The notes below the pieces were generated by a model, which was given only the letters and a program-made list of their open reading frames with translations, made no database searches and was not told where the DNA came from. Source: Myxococcota bacterium (GTDB lineage: Bacteria; Myxococcota_A; UBA796; CAJQPC01). Taken from it: DNA of 64,000 nucleotides. The position numbers and the translations under genes were made by a program. This document shows positions 26,709-37,100 of the stretch, in pieces (position 1 is the stretch's first letter; the number at the start of each line of letters is the position of its first letter). The DNA lies in NCBI GenBank assembly GCA_036229005.1, contig JAZAMN010000036.1:1-64000 (forward strand), given 5' to 3'.

Positions 26709-27448
26709 CAGGGCGCCTGCTGGTTCAGGGACCAGTCGTAGGGTTCGAAGCGGTGGGGGCAGCCCTGCTCGTGGAGGGCCGCATAGGCCGGGTCGTAGGG
26801 GGCGAGCGCGAGGCAGAGGCCGCTCGGGTCTCCGTCCGGCCCGACGAAGTCCTCCTGGAACCAGTCCAGGATGGAGGAGAAGACCGCGGTGTCGCCCTCG
26901 ATCCGGTTCCGCTCAGCCACGAAGCGCTGCATGGCGGCGTCGAGCTGTTGGTCGAGGTCCTCTCCGGTGTAGAGGGTGGGAGACAGGGGCGGGCAGCCCA
27001 TGGACGCGCAGTTGATGGCGGCGTGGACGCGCGGGTCGTCGAAGCTCTGGCGCAGGCCGCGGGTCTCCAGCTTGTTGAGGCTGACCCAGCTCCCCTGGAA
27101 CTGGAAGCGCAGGCCGCCGAAGAAGGCCACCCCTTTGGCCGGGAAGACCCCGAAGGAGAGGTCTCTGACGCTGCCTTGGATGTCCTGGTCGAGCACGCCC
27201 AGCAGGACGAAGGCGTTGTAGGCGTTGATCCCGCGAGCGAAGGCCTGGTCGGGCTCCAGGGGGGCCACCTGCCCGAGGGAGTGGACGTAGGCCTCCAGGG
27301 TGGGGCGCTCCTGCTTGAGCAGCGCGTAGTCCACCAGCCCCTGTTCATCGACGGCCTGGGCGAGGAGCTCGGGCCAGGCCTCGGCGTCGCCGGAGCTGGC
27401 GTGGATGCGGCGTCCGCAGCCGAGCATTGACAGCAGGAGCAGGGTCAT
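26708..27448 (-). CDS. DUF547 family lipoprotein
   Basis: VDY..L, INAYNA, DPRVHAAINCASMGCPPL, WF.EDF and YDWSLN motifs; lipobox MLGC. Confidence 0.88.
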   Translation of the reverse strand: MTLLLLSMLGCGRRIHASSGDAEAWPELLAQAVDEQGLVDYALLKQERPTLEAYVHSLGQVAPLEPDQAFARGINAYNAFVLLGVLDQDIQGSVRDLSFGVFPAKGVAFFGGLRFQFQGSWVSLNKLETRGLRQSFDDPRVHAAINCASMGCPPLSPTLYTGEDLDQQLDAAMQRFVAERNRIEGDTAVFSSILDWFQEDFVGPDGDPSGLCLALAPYDPAYAALHEQGCPHRFEPYDWSLNQQAP

Positions 27449-30400
27449 GAGGGGAGCACCACGTGGCTGCGGCCGGGGGCCAGCGGGAGGACCTGGACCT
27501 GTACACCGATGTGGTCGCCGATGCCCGCCACGTGGCTGATGATGCCGACCTGTCTGCCGCCGGCCTGGAGGGCCTCGAGGGTAGCCAGGGCGGTGTCCAG
27601 GCTCTTGGGGTCCAGGCTGCCGAAGCCCTCGTCGATGAAGAGCGTGCCGACCGGGGTCTTGGAGCCGCTGAGGCTGGCCAGGCCCAAGGCCAGCGCGAGG
27701 CTGACCAGGAAGCTCTCGCCGCCGGAGAGGGTTGCGACGCTGCGGGGCTCTCCGGCGAGGGCCTGGTCGAGGATCTGCAGGTCGAGGTCCTGTCCAGGGA
27801 CCCGGGCCAAGCGGTAGCGGGGGGCGAGGTCGGCGAGATGCGCATTGGCGTGCTGGAGCAGGGTCTCCAGAGTCAGCCCCTGGGCGAACTCCCGGAAGGC
27901 GTTGCCGTCCGCGCTGCCGATGGTGGCCTTGAGCTGGGCCCAGATCTTGTGTGCCTTGCGCCGCTCGCGCAGGGCGGTCTGGAGCTGCTCGGAGCGCTCG
28001 GTGGCCTCGGCGTGGGTGCGGAGCTGGAGCTGGAGCTGGGCGAGCTGCTGACGCTGCTGTCCCAGGGCGCTCTGGACGGCGTCCTGGTCGCACTCTGGGG
28101 CCGGAGGCGCCTCGCCCAGGTGCTCGGTCTGCCGGCTCTTTCGCTCTGCCAAGGTCTGTTCGGCGGCTCTCAGGCTGCTGTCCAGCGTCGCGAGTCGCTG
28201 CTTCCGCGCGCTCTGGGACTCCTGGGGTTCCCCCAGGAGCTGGGTGAGGCCTGGGAGGTCCAGTGGGGAGTGCTCCAGAGCGCTGGCGAGGCTGGCCTGG
28301 TGGCGCTGTGACTGCTCCTGCAGGTCGGAAAGCTGCTCATGGAGGGAGCTCTGCTTGGCGCGGGCGGCGCTGAGCTCCTCTCGGGTGCTGGCCAGGGTCC
28401 GCTGGTGGTCGGTGAGCTCTCCGACGAGCTTCGCTTCCTTCGCCTTGAGCTCGGTCTGGGTCTTGTCTGGGTCCGGAACGGCCAGCGCATCGAAGCGGCC
28501 TTGGAGGGTGTTGAGCTCGGTGGTGGCCTCGGCGAGGGCCTGCGCTGCGTCCCGAACGGCTTGTTGCCTGCCCGCCAGGCGCTCCTTGAGGGCCGCGTGC
28601 TCGGGCTCGCTGGTGCGCAGGTGCTCCTCGGCGCTCTCCAGTCGGTCGGCTGCGGCGCGGAGTTCGGGGAGCTGGGCCTCCCACTCCTGGAGTTGAGGGC
28701 CGGGGTCGGCCTCCAAGCGAGCGCGCCAGCTCCCGGGGAAGCCCTCCATGGCGCGCAGGAGCTGCCGCTTGATGCTGTCGAGCTGGGCGCGGGTGTCCTG
28801 GGCGTCCTGCGCCTGAGCGCGCGCCCGTTCGAGGTCCAGGGCGGCCTTGTCCGCGTGAGCCTGCGCCTGCTGGGTCTGGCGCTGGGCCGCCTCCAGCTCG
28901 GACTGCAGGGTCTCGAGTCTTGCCTGGGAGCTGCGGGCCTTGGCCTTGAGCTGCTCCAGGGTCCCAAGGCGCGCGCTCAGGTCGGCCTCCCAGCTCTGGA
29001 GATCCGCGGCCGCCGGGGTCTGTTCGGTGAGCGTCTGGAGCTGGTCGCGGAGGCTCTGGTCCTGCGTCTGCGCGGCTTGGAGCGTCTTCTGTTCTTGGGC
29101 CAGGAGCTTGCGCTGCGTGCTCAGGTCGCTGGCGGTGTCGTTGACCTGCTGTTGTTGTGCCTGGAGCTTGAGCTCAGCCAGGCGGAGGGTCTCCTGGAGG
29201 TCCCTGAGGGCCTCGTGCACCGGCGCGTTCTCGGCGAAGGGGTGCTCGGTGCTGCCGCAGAGGGGGCAGGGCTCGTCAGGGACGAGCTCGTGGCGGCGGG
29301 CCTCCAGATCCAGGCTGCGCTCAAGCTGCTTCACGGCGTGGGCGCTGGCGTCCCGTTCTCCGGTGGTTCGCTCCAGCAGGCGCTCTGCGGTCTCCAGCGC
29401 CCGCTCGGTGCTGTGGATCTGGCTGAGCCTGTCCTCGTTTGCGGTCTGGAGCTCTACGAGGTGTTCGGCGCTCTGGGTGGCCCGTTGGTGCAGATCGATG
29501 GCGCCATTCAGCCGGATCTGCTCCTTTTTGAGGGCCTCCTCCTCCTGCTCCGGGAAGGGGATGCGGGCGGCGCGGGCCTGGTCTCGGGCGGCTTGGGCGC
29601 GCTGCTGCTTGGTGCGGGCGGCGCTGAGGTCGTCGGAGGCCGCAGCGTGTGTGCTGGTGGCGTGCGTCAGGGCCTGCTGGAGCCCTGCGCCATCGGAGAG
29701 GGCCTCGTGGAGTCGGGCGTGCTCCGCGAGCAGGGGCTGGAGCTGGGGCCAGTCGCTCAGGAGGCGGGAGAGGAGGGGATCTGCGTCGAGCTGGGCTTGG
29801 GCGCCCACCGCCAAGGTTCGGGACTCTGCGCGCTCCCGCTCCAGCCGCTCCATCGACGAGGTGACCTGCGTGAGATCCGTCTGGGCCTGCTTGGCGCGAT
29901 CTTGGAGCTTCTGGTGCTGATCGCGGTGGCGCTGTAGCTGCTCTTGTAGACGCTGGGCCTGCTCCAGGCGGGGGAAGAGCTCGGCGGCGTGTGCGCGGTG
30001 GCGCTCCAGGCCGTCCGTCAGCTCCTGCTGCTGGGTCTGCTGGGTGGAGACTTCTCTTTCGAGGGCCTCCAGCTTGAGCTTGTGCCTGGTCTGGTCGCCT
30101 TGGAGGGCGGTGGCGCTGGCTTGGGCCTGCTTGAGGCTGGAGAGCTCGGGGGCGAGGTGCTGGTGGCTGTCGAACAGGGCCTGTTGGGCGCGCTCGGTGG
30201 CGGCGCGCTCCCACTTCTGGGCGGCATCGCGCTGCGCCCGCTCGGCGCTCTCGACACGTTCCTTGTGCCGGAGGGCCTCCTGTTGCCAGAGGCTGTGGGC
30301 CTGGACCGCCTGGAGGAGGGTCTCTGCTGTCTGGATCTCGGCATTGAGGGCGGTGACCTGCTGCTGGAGATCCTGGAGCTGGTCGGCAGGCAGCAGCCCC

Positions 30401-31086
30401 AGGCGCTCCTGTTCGCTCTCCAGGTCCTGCAGGGCCTGCTCACTGGCCTTGGCGCGCTCATAGGCGGCGATGGAGATCCGGGCGAAGAGGTCGGTGCCGG
30501 TCATGCGCTCCAGCAAGGAGGCGCGGGTCTTGCTCTTGGCACGGAGGAAGGACGCGAACTGCCCCTGAGCGAGGAGCACCGAGCGGGTGAACTGCTCGAA
30601 GTTCAGGCCCAGGCGCTGCTCGATGCGTTCGAGGGTGACGGTCTTCTTGTCGTCGCCGAGCTGCTGGCCGGTGCTCAGGTCCTGGAGGCTGAGCGCGACG
30701 TTCTGGATGCGGCCGCTGGCCTTGTCTCCGGCGCGACGCACGGACCAGCGCGCGCGGTAGCGGCCGCCATCCACGCCCAGGAAGTCCACCTCGGCGAAGC
30801 CGCTGCCAGCGTCGTGGCGGAGCAGGCTCTTGGTGTCCTGGGCGGTGAGGCGGTTGCGGTCGTCCTGGTTGGCCAGGCCGATCTTGACGCGCCCGGCCTG
30901 GGCGAGCCGGGGGGTGTTGTCGAAGAGGGCGAGGCAGAGGGTGTCTAGCAGGCTGGTCTTGCCGGAGCCGGTGGGGCCCGTGATGGCGAACAGGCCCGCC
31001 TGGCCCAAGGGGCCGCGCTCCAGATCGAGCTCGAAGGCCTCCGAGAGGGAGGCGAGGTTGCAGCCGGCGATTCGGAGGATCCTCAT
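27445..31086 (-). CDS. sbcC: SbcC (Rad50-like SMC ATPase)
   Basis: ITGPTGSGKT, LLAQGQF, zinc hook CPLCGS, LSGGE, FIDEGFGSLD and IISH motifs; long coiled coil. Confidence 0.96.
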   Translation of the reverse strand: MRILRIAGCNLASLSEAFELDLERGPLGQAGLFAITGPTGSGKTSLLDTLCLALFDNTPRLAQAGRVKIGLANQDDRNRLTAQDTKSLLRHDAGSGFAEVDFLGVDGGRYRARWSVRRAGDKASGRIQNVALSLQDLSTGQQLGDDKKTVTLERIEQRLGLNFEQFTRSVLLAQGQFASFLRAKSKTRASLLERMTGTDLFARISIAAYERAKASEQALQDLESEQERLGLLPADQLQDLQQQVTALNAEIQTAETLLQAVQAHSLWQQEALRHKERVESAERAQRDAAQKWERAATERAQQALFDSHQHLAPELSSLKQAQASATALQGDQTRHKLKLEALEREVSTQQTQQQELTDGLERHRAHAAELFPRLEQAQRLQEQLQRHRDQHQKLQDRAKQAQTDLTQVTSSMERLERERAESRTLAVGAQAQLDADPLLSRLLSDWPQLQPLLAEHARLHEALSDGAGLQQALTHATSTHAAASDDLSAARTKQQRAQAARDQARAARIPFPEQEEEALKKEQIRLNGAIDLHQRATQSAEHLVELQTANEDRLSQIHSTERALETAERLLERTTGERDASAHAVKQLERSLDLEARRHELVPDEPCPLCGSTEHPFAENAPVHEALRDLQETLRLAELKLQAQQQQVNDTASDLSTQRKLLAQEQKTLQAAQTQDQSLRDQLQTLTEQTPAAADLQSWEADLSARLGTLEQLKAKARSSQARLETLQSELEAAQRQTQQAQAHADKAALDLERARAQAQDAQDTRAQLDSIKRQLLRAMEGFPGSWRARLEADPGPQLQEWEAQLPELRAAADRLESAEEHLRTSEPEHAALKERLAGRQQAVRDAAQALAEATTELNTLQGRFDALAVPDPDKTQTELKAKEAKLVGELTDHQRTLASTREELSAARAKQSSLHEQLSDLQEQSQRHQASLASALEHSPLDLPGLTQLLGEPQESQSARKQRLATLDSSLRAAEQTLAERKSRQTEHLGEAPPAPECDQDAVQSALGQQRQQLAQLQLQLRTHAEATERSEQLQTALRERRKAHKIWAQLKATIGSADGNAFREFAQGLTLETLLQHANAHLADLAPRYRLARVPGQDLDLQILDQALAGEPRSVATLSGGESFLVSLALALGLASLSGSKTPVGTLFIDEGFGSLDPKSLDTALATLEALQAGGRQVGIISHVAGIGDHIGVQVQVLPLAPGRSHVVLPS

Positions 31087-32303
31087 GCCTGCTCCGCGAG
31101 GTCGATGAGCTCGTGGAAGGCGGCCATGACGGCGTCGCTGGGGGCCTTCTCGTGCTGCTTGAGCCAGCGCCGCTTGAAGACCTCTTCGGGCGTCAGCAGG
31201 CCCAGATCCTGGTGGTCAGGCAGGGCCTTGCCGCTCCCGGTGGTCTCGCTGCGGACGGCCAGGAGGCGCACGGCCTTGCCCTCAAGGGCCTTGTCGATCT
31301 GCCGGCGCAGATCAGGGTGGGGCTGCTCCAGGGAGACGCGGACCTCGAGGTAGGGGAGGTTTCGGGGGACCAGGGTGCGATCCTCCAGCGCGGCGATCTC
31401 GCTGAGGACCTGCTCCAAGCGCGCGTAGCCGTCGCTGGGGATGCGCTTGAGGTCCACACTGCGGGGGATGGGGAGCGGAGTGAGCTTGGCGGGGGCGTCG
31501 GGCTCCAGGTCGACCTGCAGGACCTGGTGGATGTAGCCGCGCTCGGTCATGGACAGTGGGATGGGAGAGCCGCTGTAGCGGATGGTGTCGCGTCCGACGG
31601 CCTGCTCATGGTGTAGGTGCCCCAGAGCGACGTAGTCGAGGTCCGGCGGGAAGATGTCCACTGGGATGGGGTGCTGGTTGCCGCCCAGCACCTTGCGCTC
31701 GGAGTCGGGGGAGAGGCTGCCGCCCTCCCAGAAGCCGTGCCCGCAGGCGATCTTGAGCTCACCGGAGCGGGCCCGCTCGGCGAGGGCGGCGAAGACCTGT
31801 TGGTGGATCCGGGCGACGCCGGCCAGGACAGGGTCACCCGGTGCATCCGGGACGCGGGGCAGGTCCGCGATGCGCAGGTAGGGGATGGCGGCGACCCAGC
31901 CCACCCGGGCGCCGGCCTTGTGGATGGGGACCAGGAGCCGCTCCAGATCCAGCTCCCGCCCGCTGCGCCTGGGGAGGCCGCCCACGACGTGGACACGCTC
32001 GCTCAGCAAGGGCTCGGGGGCGTCCAGGCGCGCCGCGGAGTCGTGGTTGCCGCCGATGGCGACGATCTGCAGGTCGGGCAGGCGTTCGGTGGCCTGCGCC
32101 AGGAAGCGGTACCAGCGGGAGAGGGCGGAGACCGGCGGGTTGGCGGTGTCGAAGATGTCCCCGGCGATCACCAGCAGGTCCACGCGCTTGGACGCCAGGG
32201 TCTTGAGCAGGAAGTCCAGGAAGGCCTGGTGCTCGGGCCCCCGGTCGTAGTCGTAGAGGGTGTGGCCCAGGTGCCAGTCGGCGGTGTGGAGCACGCGCAG
32301 CAT
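31083..32303 (-). CDS. sbcD: SbcD (Mre11-like nuclease)
   Basis: HTADWHLG, AGDIFD, GNHDS, YVALGHLH and RYSGSP motifs. Confidence 0.96.
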   Translation of the reverse strand: MLRVLHTADWHLGHTLYDYDRGPEHQAFLDFLLKTLASKRVDLLVIAGDIFDTANPPVSALSRWYRFLAQATERLPDLQIVAIGGNHDSAARLDAPEPLLSERVHVVGGLPRRSGRELDLERLLVPIHKAGARVGWVAAIPYLRIADLPRVPDAPGDPVLAGVARIHQQVFAALAERARSGELKIACGHGFWEGGSLSPDSERKVLGGNQHPIPVDIFPPDLDYVALGHLHHEQAVGRDTIRYSGSPIPLSMTERGYIHQVLQVDLEPDAPAKLTPLPIPRSVDLKRIPSDGYARLEQVLSEIAALEDRTLVPRNLPYLEVRVSLEQPHPDLRRQIDKALEGKAVRLLAVRSETTGSGKALPDHQDLGLLTPEEVFKRRWLKQHEKAPSDAVMAAFHELIDLAEQA

Positions 32304-34144
32304 CAGGCCCCCCAGAGCGCTGCGCGCAGACCGGAGGCGCGCTGGACCCGCTCCAGGACGCCAGCGCCAAGGACCTGGCGTGTCCCGAAGATCTCCACCT
32401 GCTTCCGAGCGCGGGTGACGCCTGTGTAGAGCAGCTCGCGGGTGAGCAGGGGCGAGCGGTGGGCGGGCAGCAGGAGGAGGACGCGGTCGAACTCGGAGCC
32501 CTGGCTCTTGTGGACCGTGGTCGCGTAGACCGTCTCGTGCGGTGGAAGCCTGGCCGGGTGGACGGCCCGGGGCGCTCCGTCGCTGCCTTCGAACCAGACG
32601 AGCAGGCGCCCGCTCGCGTCGCGCAGGGCGATCCCCACATCTCCGTTGAAGAGCTCCAGCGTGTAGTCGTTCCGCGTGATCATGACCGGTCGCCCCGGGT
32701 ACCAGTCCTCGCCCAGCGGGATGAGGCCCTGGCCTGCCAGGAGGCCCTGGGCGAGCTGGTTGAGCGCCCGGACACCCCACGCACCCTTTCGGTGGGCACA
32801 GAGCACCCGCAGGCGGCCGAGGGCGTCCAGGGCCTGCGCGGGATCCTGGAGCTGGCAGAGGGGAGAGAAGCCGGAGAGGAGCGCGGCCCGTAGTGCCCGG
32901 CTCTTTCGGGGCCCACCTCCGGACAGCTCCCTGAGCGCCACATCTTTGAAGCGGGTGTCAGCGAGGACCCCGAGGGTGTCGCTGGAGCTCCCGGCGTTGA
33001 TGGCCCGAGCCAACGCGCCGATGCCGCTGCTGTCGTCGAAGCGGTAGCTGTGGGTGAGCTGGACGATGCAGTCCTGGGGGCCAGCGGCCGCCGACGGCAG
33101 GGTGTCGGGGACGTCGGCGCCGAGCTGCTCCAGCTGGAGCCGCATCTGCTCTGAGCGCCCTCGGGGATGGCCGCCGGCGTTGCAGATGTCGCCGAGGATG
33201 GCGCCGGCCTCCACGGAGGCGAGCTGGTTCTGGTCACCCAGCAGGATCAGGCGGGCGTGGTCCGGAACCGCCTGGACGAGCTTGGCCATGAGGCTGAGGT
33301 CCACCATCGAGGCCTCGTCCACCAGGACCAGATCGGCAGCCAGAGGGCGCTTGGCGTTGTGCGCGAAGCGGGTGGGTGTGCGGGGGAGCCAGCCCAGGGC
33401 CCGGTGGATGGTGGAGGCCCGCTCAGGCATGGCCGCGAGGAGCGGCTCGGGCAGATCCATGCTGGACAGCGAGGCCTGCAGGGACTCAGAGAGGCGGGCG
33501 GCGGCCTTGCCGGTGGGGGCAAGGAGCTGGATGCGGAGGGGGGCTCCCTTGGCCAGGGCCTGCTGCTGCAGGACCACGAGCAGGCGCGCGACCGTCGTGG
33601 TCTTGCCGGTCCCGGGGCCACCGCTGATCACGCTGAAGCTCCGGAGCACCCCGACCGCGCAGGCCAGGCGTTGCTTGTCGCCCGCGCTGGCGTCGGGGAA
33701 GCGCTCCGCGAGACCGGTGCTCAGCAGCTCCAGGTCGACCCCATCCGGGTTGAGCGCGCTGCGGCGGGCCAGGTCTTGGGCGAGCTGGTGTTGGTACTCC
33801 CACATGCGGCGCAAGTAGAGATCGCCTCGCTCATCCAGGACCAAGGGGCGGCCCATGGTGCCGTCACCCACGGCATCGCAGCTCAGGGCCTGCAGCCAGG
33901 GCTCCAGCTTGGGCCAGGGCTCCAGCTCCAGCACCTGGCCTTCGGCGTCCCGCACGGGGGTCTCTGCCAGCCGCTCCAGCTCGGCGCAGACGTGCCCAGC
34001 GTTCGGTGCACGCGTCGCGACCGCTGCCCCCAGGGTGAGCAGCTCGTTGTCTTCTTGGTGGACGCTCCGGGCGATGAAGCGCCCGAAGTGGAGGTCCAGG
34101 GGACTCAGGATGCCGGCCTGGGCATAGGACTCGAGGCGGGACAT
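32303..34144 (-). CDS. recD: Exodeoxyribonuclease V alpha subunit
   Basis: GGPGTGKTT, APTGKAA, TIHR, VDEASM, GDQNQL, TVHKSQGSE and YTGVTRA motifs. Confidence 0.96.
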   Translation of the reverse strand: MSRLESYAQAGILSPLDLHFGRFIARSVHQEDNELLTLGAAVATRAPNAGHVCAELERLAETPVRDAEGQVLELEPWPKLEPWLQALSCDAVGDGTMGRPLVLDERGDLYLRRMWEYQHQLAQDLARRSALNPDGVDLELLSTGLAERFPDASAGDKQRLACAVGVLRSFSVISGGPGTGKTTTVARLLVVLQQQALAKGAPLRIQLLAPTGKAAARLSESLQASLSSMDLPEPLLAAMPERASTIHRALGWLPRTPTRFAHNAKRPLAADLVLVDEASMVDLSLMAKLVQAVPDHARLILLGDQNQLASVEAGAILGDICNAGGHPRGRSEQMRLQLEQLGADVPDTLPSAAAGPQDCIVQLTHSYRFDDSSGIGALARAINAGSSSDTLGVLADTRFKDVALRELSGGGPRKSRALRAALLSGFSPLCQLQDPAQALDALGRLRVLCAHRKGAWGVRALNQLAQGLLAGQGLIPLGEDWYPGRPVMITRNDYTLELFNGDVGIALRDASGRLLVWFEGSDGAPRAVHPARLPPHETVYATTVHKSQGSEFDRVLLLLPAHRSPLLTRELLYTGVTRARKQVEIFGTRQVLGAGVLERVQRASGLRAALWGA

Positions 34145-37100
34145 CAGGACACTCCCGGGCGGAACAGGGCGTCCAGGCCTTCGACCAGGGCCCGGTTGGG
34201 GCGGTGGCTGTAGACGCCGTGGCTTGGCCCCGTGTCGGGGGTCATGCCCTTGAGGTAGAGGTAGAAGCAGCCGCCGAAGTGTTCCTCGAAGGCGTAGCCG
34301 CGCAGGCGCTGCGTGAGGTAGCGGTGCAGCGCGACGCTGTAGAGCAGGTACTGCAGGACGTAGTGGCTCTCCGCCATCGCCGGGGACAGGCGCGGGGCCT
34401 GGTAGTCGCCGAGGTGGTCACCCAGGTGGTTGGTCTTGTAGTCGACCAGGTACCACCGGCCCTGATGCACGAAGATGAGGTCGATGAAGCCGGTCAGGAA
34501 GCCGCGCAGCTCCGGGAAGGGGAGCCCCGCGAGGCGCTCGGCGTAGCCCTCCGGCAGCCCGGAGTCTCCGCTCTCCCTGAGGACTCGGGCCAGGTCGGAG
34601 GAGAGGATGGGGGAGGCCCCGTCCGCGACGGAGAGCGCCTCCGCCACGGGGATGGTGAACTGCATCTCGTCCAGGCGCTGGCCGCGGGGGATGCCTCCGA
34701 GGCAGAGCCCATCCGGGCCGAAGGGGGTCGCCAAGACCTGCTCCACGGCCTCACACACCAACGGCTGCCACTGCTCGGAGAATCCATGCTGGCGCAGCAG
34801 CTCCAGGCTGGTCTTGGGCAGCTCGCTGGTGTCCTGGAAGTCCACGAGCTCCAGCACGTGGTGGAAGAAGGTGCCGGCCCGGGCCCCGCGGGGGAAGGGC
34901 AGCAGGAGCACCTCGGGGGTGTCTTCGTGGCTCTCCAGAGCCAGGTTGGGTGGGGTCTGACCGTCGTGATCCAGCCCGGCCTGGTGCTCAGGGAGCGCAT
35001 CTTCCTGCTTGGCGTGCGCGAGGCTGGAGAAGGAGCCGATGCGCCAGTTGGGATCCGGCCGGTGGGTGCTGACGAGGCAGTCCAGCTCTCGGTCCAGGCG
35101 GCCGTCGCCCTGCCAGAAGGCTGTGGGGGCGTTGTCAGGGCCCCGAACCCCCAGGCGCCCGCCCGAGCCCTCGGCCAGCTCCAGCAGCTCCGCGCGCATG
35201 CGGCGGTCGTCGAGCCCCTTGAGGTGCTGGGTGGCTGCATCCAGGCCAGGCTGACCCGCGGAAGCGCCCAGGGGCTGGTGCAACAGCAGGCCCAGCGGCG
35301 AGTGCTCGTAGTTCCGGAAGGGACCCCAATAGAGGATGCAGCGGTGTCGGGCGCGGGTGAGCGCCACGTAGAGCAGCCGCATGTCCTCGGCGCGGGTCTC
35401 CAGATCCTGCCGGTCCCGGTTGGCCTGGAATTGCTCGCTGCCGATGTCCAGGGTCCGGCGTCCGTCCTCTGCCTGGAAGCGGACAGAGCGGTCCCAGCTC
35501 TGGGTCAGCCGGGCGCTCCACAGGTAGGGGCAGAACACCACGGGGTACTCCAGCCCCTTGGACTTGTGGATGGTCACGATCTGCACCGCCTGGGCGTCCG
35601 ACTCCAGGCGCAGCTTGCGGGCGTCGGCTCGGCTGGCGTCCGCCCCCGTGCCCTCCCGCTCCAGGCGCAGCCAGCGCAGGAGCCCGATGGGGCCCAGACC
35701 CTCCTCCAGGGCTGCGGAGTTGAGCAGCTCCACCAGGTGGAGGAGGTTGGTCAGGCGGCGCTCGCCGCCCGGCAGCACCAGGATGCGCGTCTGCAGCTCC
35801 CAGGTCTCCATGACAGAGCGGAACATGCGGGCGAAGGACTGGGACTCCCAGAGCTGCTTCCACTCCCGGAGGTGCTCCACCTGGGCCTCCCACTCGGGGT
35901 GCCCTTGGTCCAGCTGACCCAGCTCGGTGGCGCGCATCCCCAGCAGCGGGTCCGCCAGCGCCCCGCGCACAGCCCCGCGGTCGCCCGGGTCGGTGACCGC
36001 AGCCATCAAGCGCTCGAGCTGCAGGGCCTCGTCGGAGTCCAAGACGGACGCATCCCCCTGACGGACGCTCGGGACGCCCCACTGCCTGAGCGCGTCCTCG
36101 ACTGCGGAGGCCTCTGCGTTGGTGCGCACGAGGACCGCGATGTCCCCTGGTGAGAGGTCCCGATCCCCCAGGGGGAAGGCACCCTCTCGGGCCCGGTGGA
36201 GCATCCGGGTAATGTCCTGGGCGACCATGTCCGGCAGTCGGTGGTTCAGCCGGGACTTCGGGATGGGCTTGGTGCCGTGCACCCCGAAGAAGCGGCGGTC
36301 CAGGTGGCAGATCTCCAGCGCGGCGCCCCCCCAGCAGTCCTCGGCCTTGGGGCGCGCCTTGACCGACAGGAAGCCGATCTTCTGGAAGACGAAGGGGACC
36401 TGGGGCCGGGAGAAGAGGTGGTTCACGGCGCCGATCAGGCTGGGGTCCGAGCGCCAGTTGGTGTCCAGGGTGAAGGCCCGCGAGCCCGCGTCGTCCACCG
36501 CGCGCATGTAGGCGAACACGTCCGCGCCCCGGAAGGCGTAGATGGCCTGCTTGGGGTCGCCGATCAGGAAGAGGTGGCCGCCCGAGCGGGCGAAGCAGCT
36601 TGAGAAGATCTCGTACTGGACGGGGTCGGTGTCCTGGAACTCGTCGATCAGCGCCGCTCGGTAGCGCTTGGCGATGGCGCGTTGCAGGCGAGGGCCGTGC
36701 TCCGGCTCCCGCAGGGCGTCCCGCAGGCTGTGGAGCAGGTCGTCGAAGGACTGGATGTTCAGGCGGCGCTTCTTGGCGGGGAGCTGGCTGCGGACCACCC
36801 GCACCAGCTCCTGGCGCAGGTGCAGCAGGCGGCGCTTGGGTGGCAGGCTGCAGCGCTCGTGCTCGGCCAGGAAGAGCTCGACGTGGTCCGGCAGGGAGCC
36901 GTCGGGGATGAAGCGGGCGCCGGCGAAGACCTCCATCAGGCGCTGGCGGCTGAACACGCGCAGGCTGGGGTGTGGGGTGTGCGCGATGTCGGAGGCCAGG
37001 TAGTCCGCCACCTCCAGGAAGTGGGCCTCCAGGTTGTCCGCCCAGTAGTCGCTCGGGGCGCCCCGGAACTCGTTCTGCTTTAGCCAGACCTGCAGGTCCC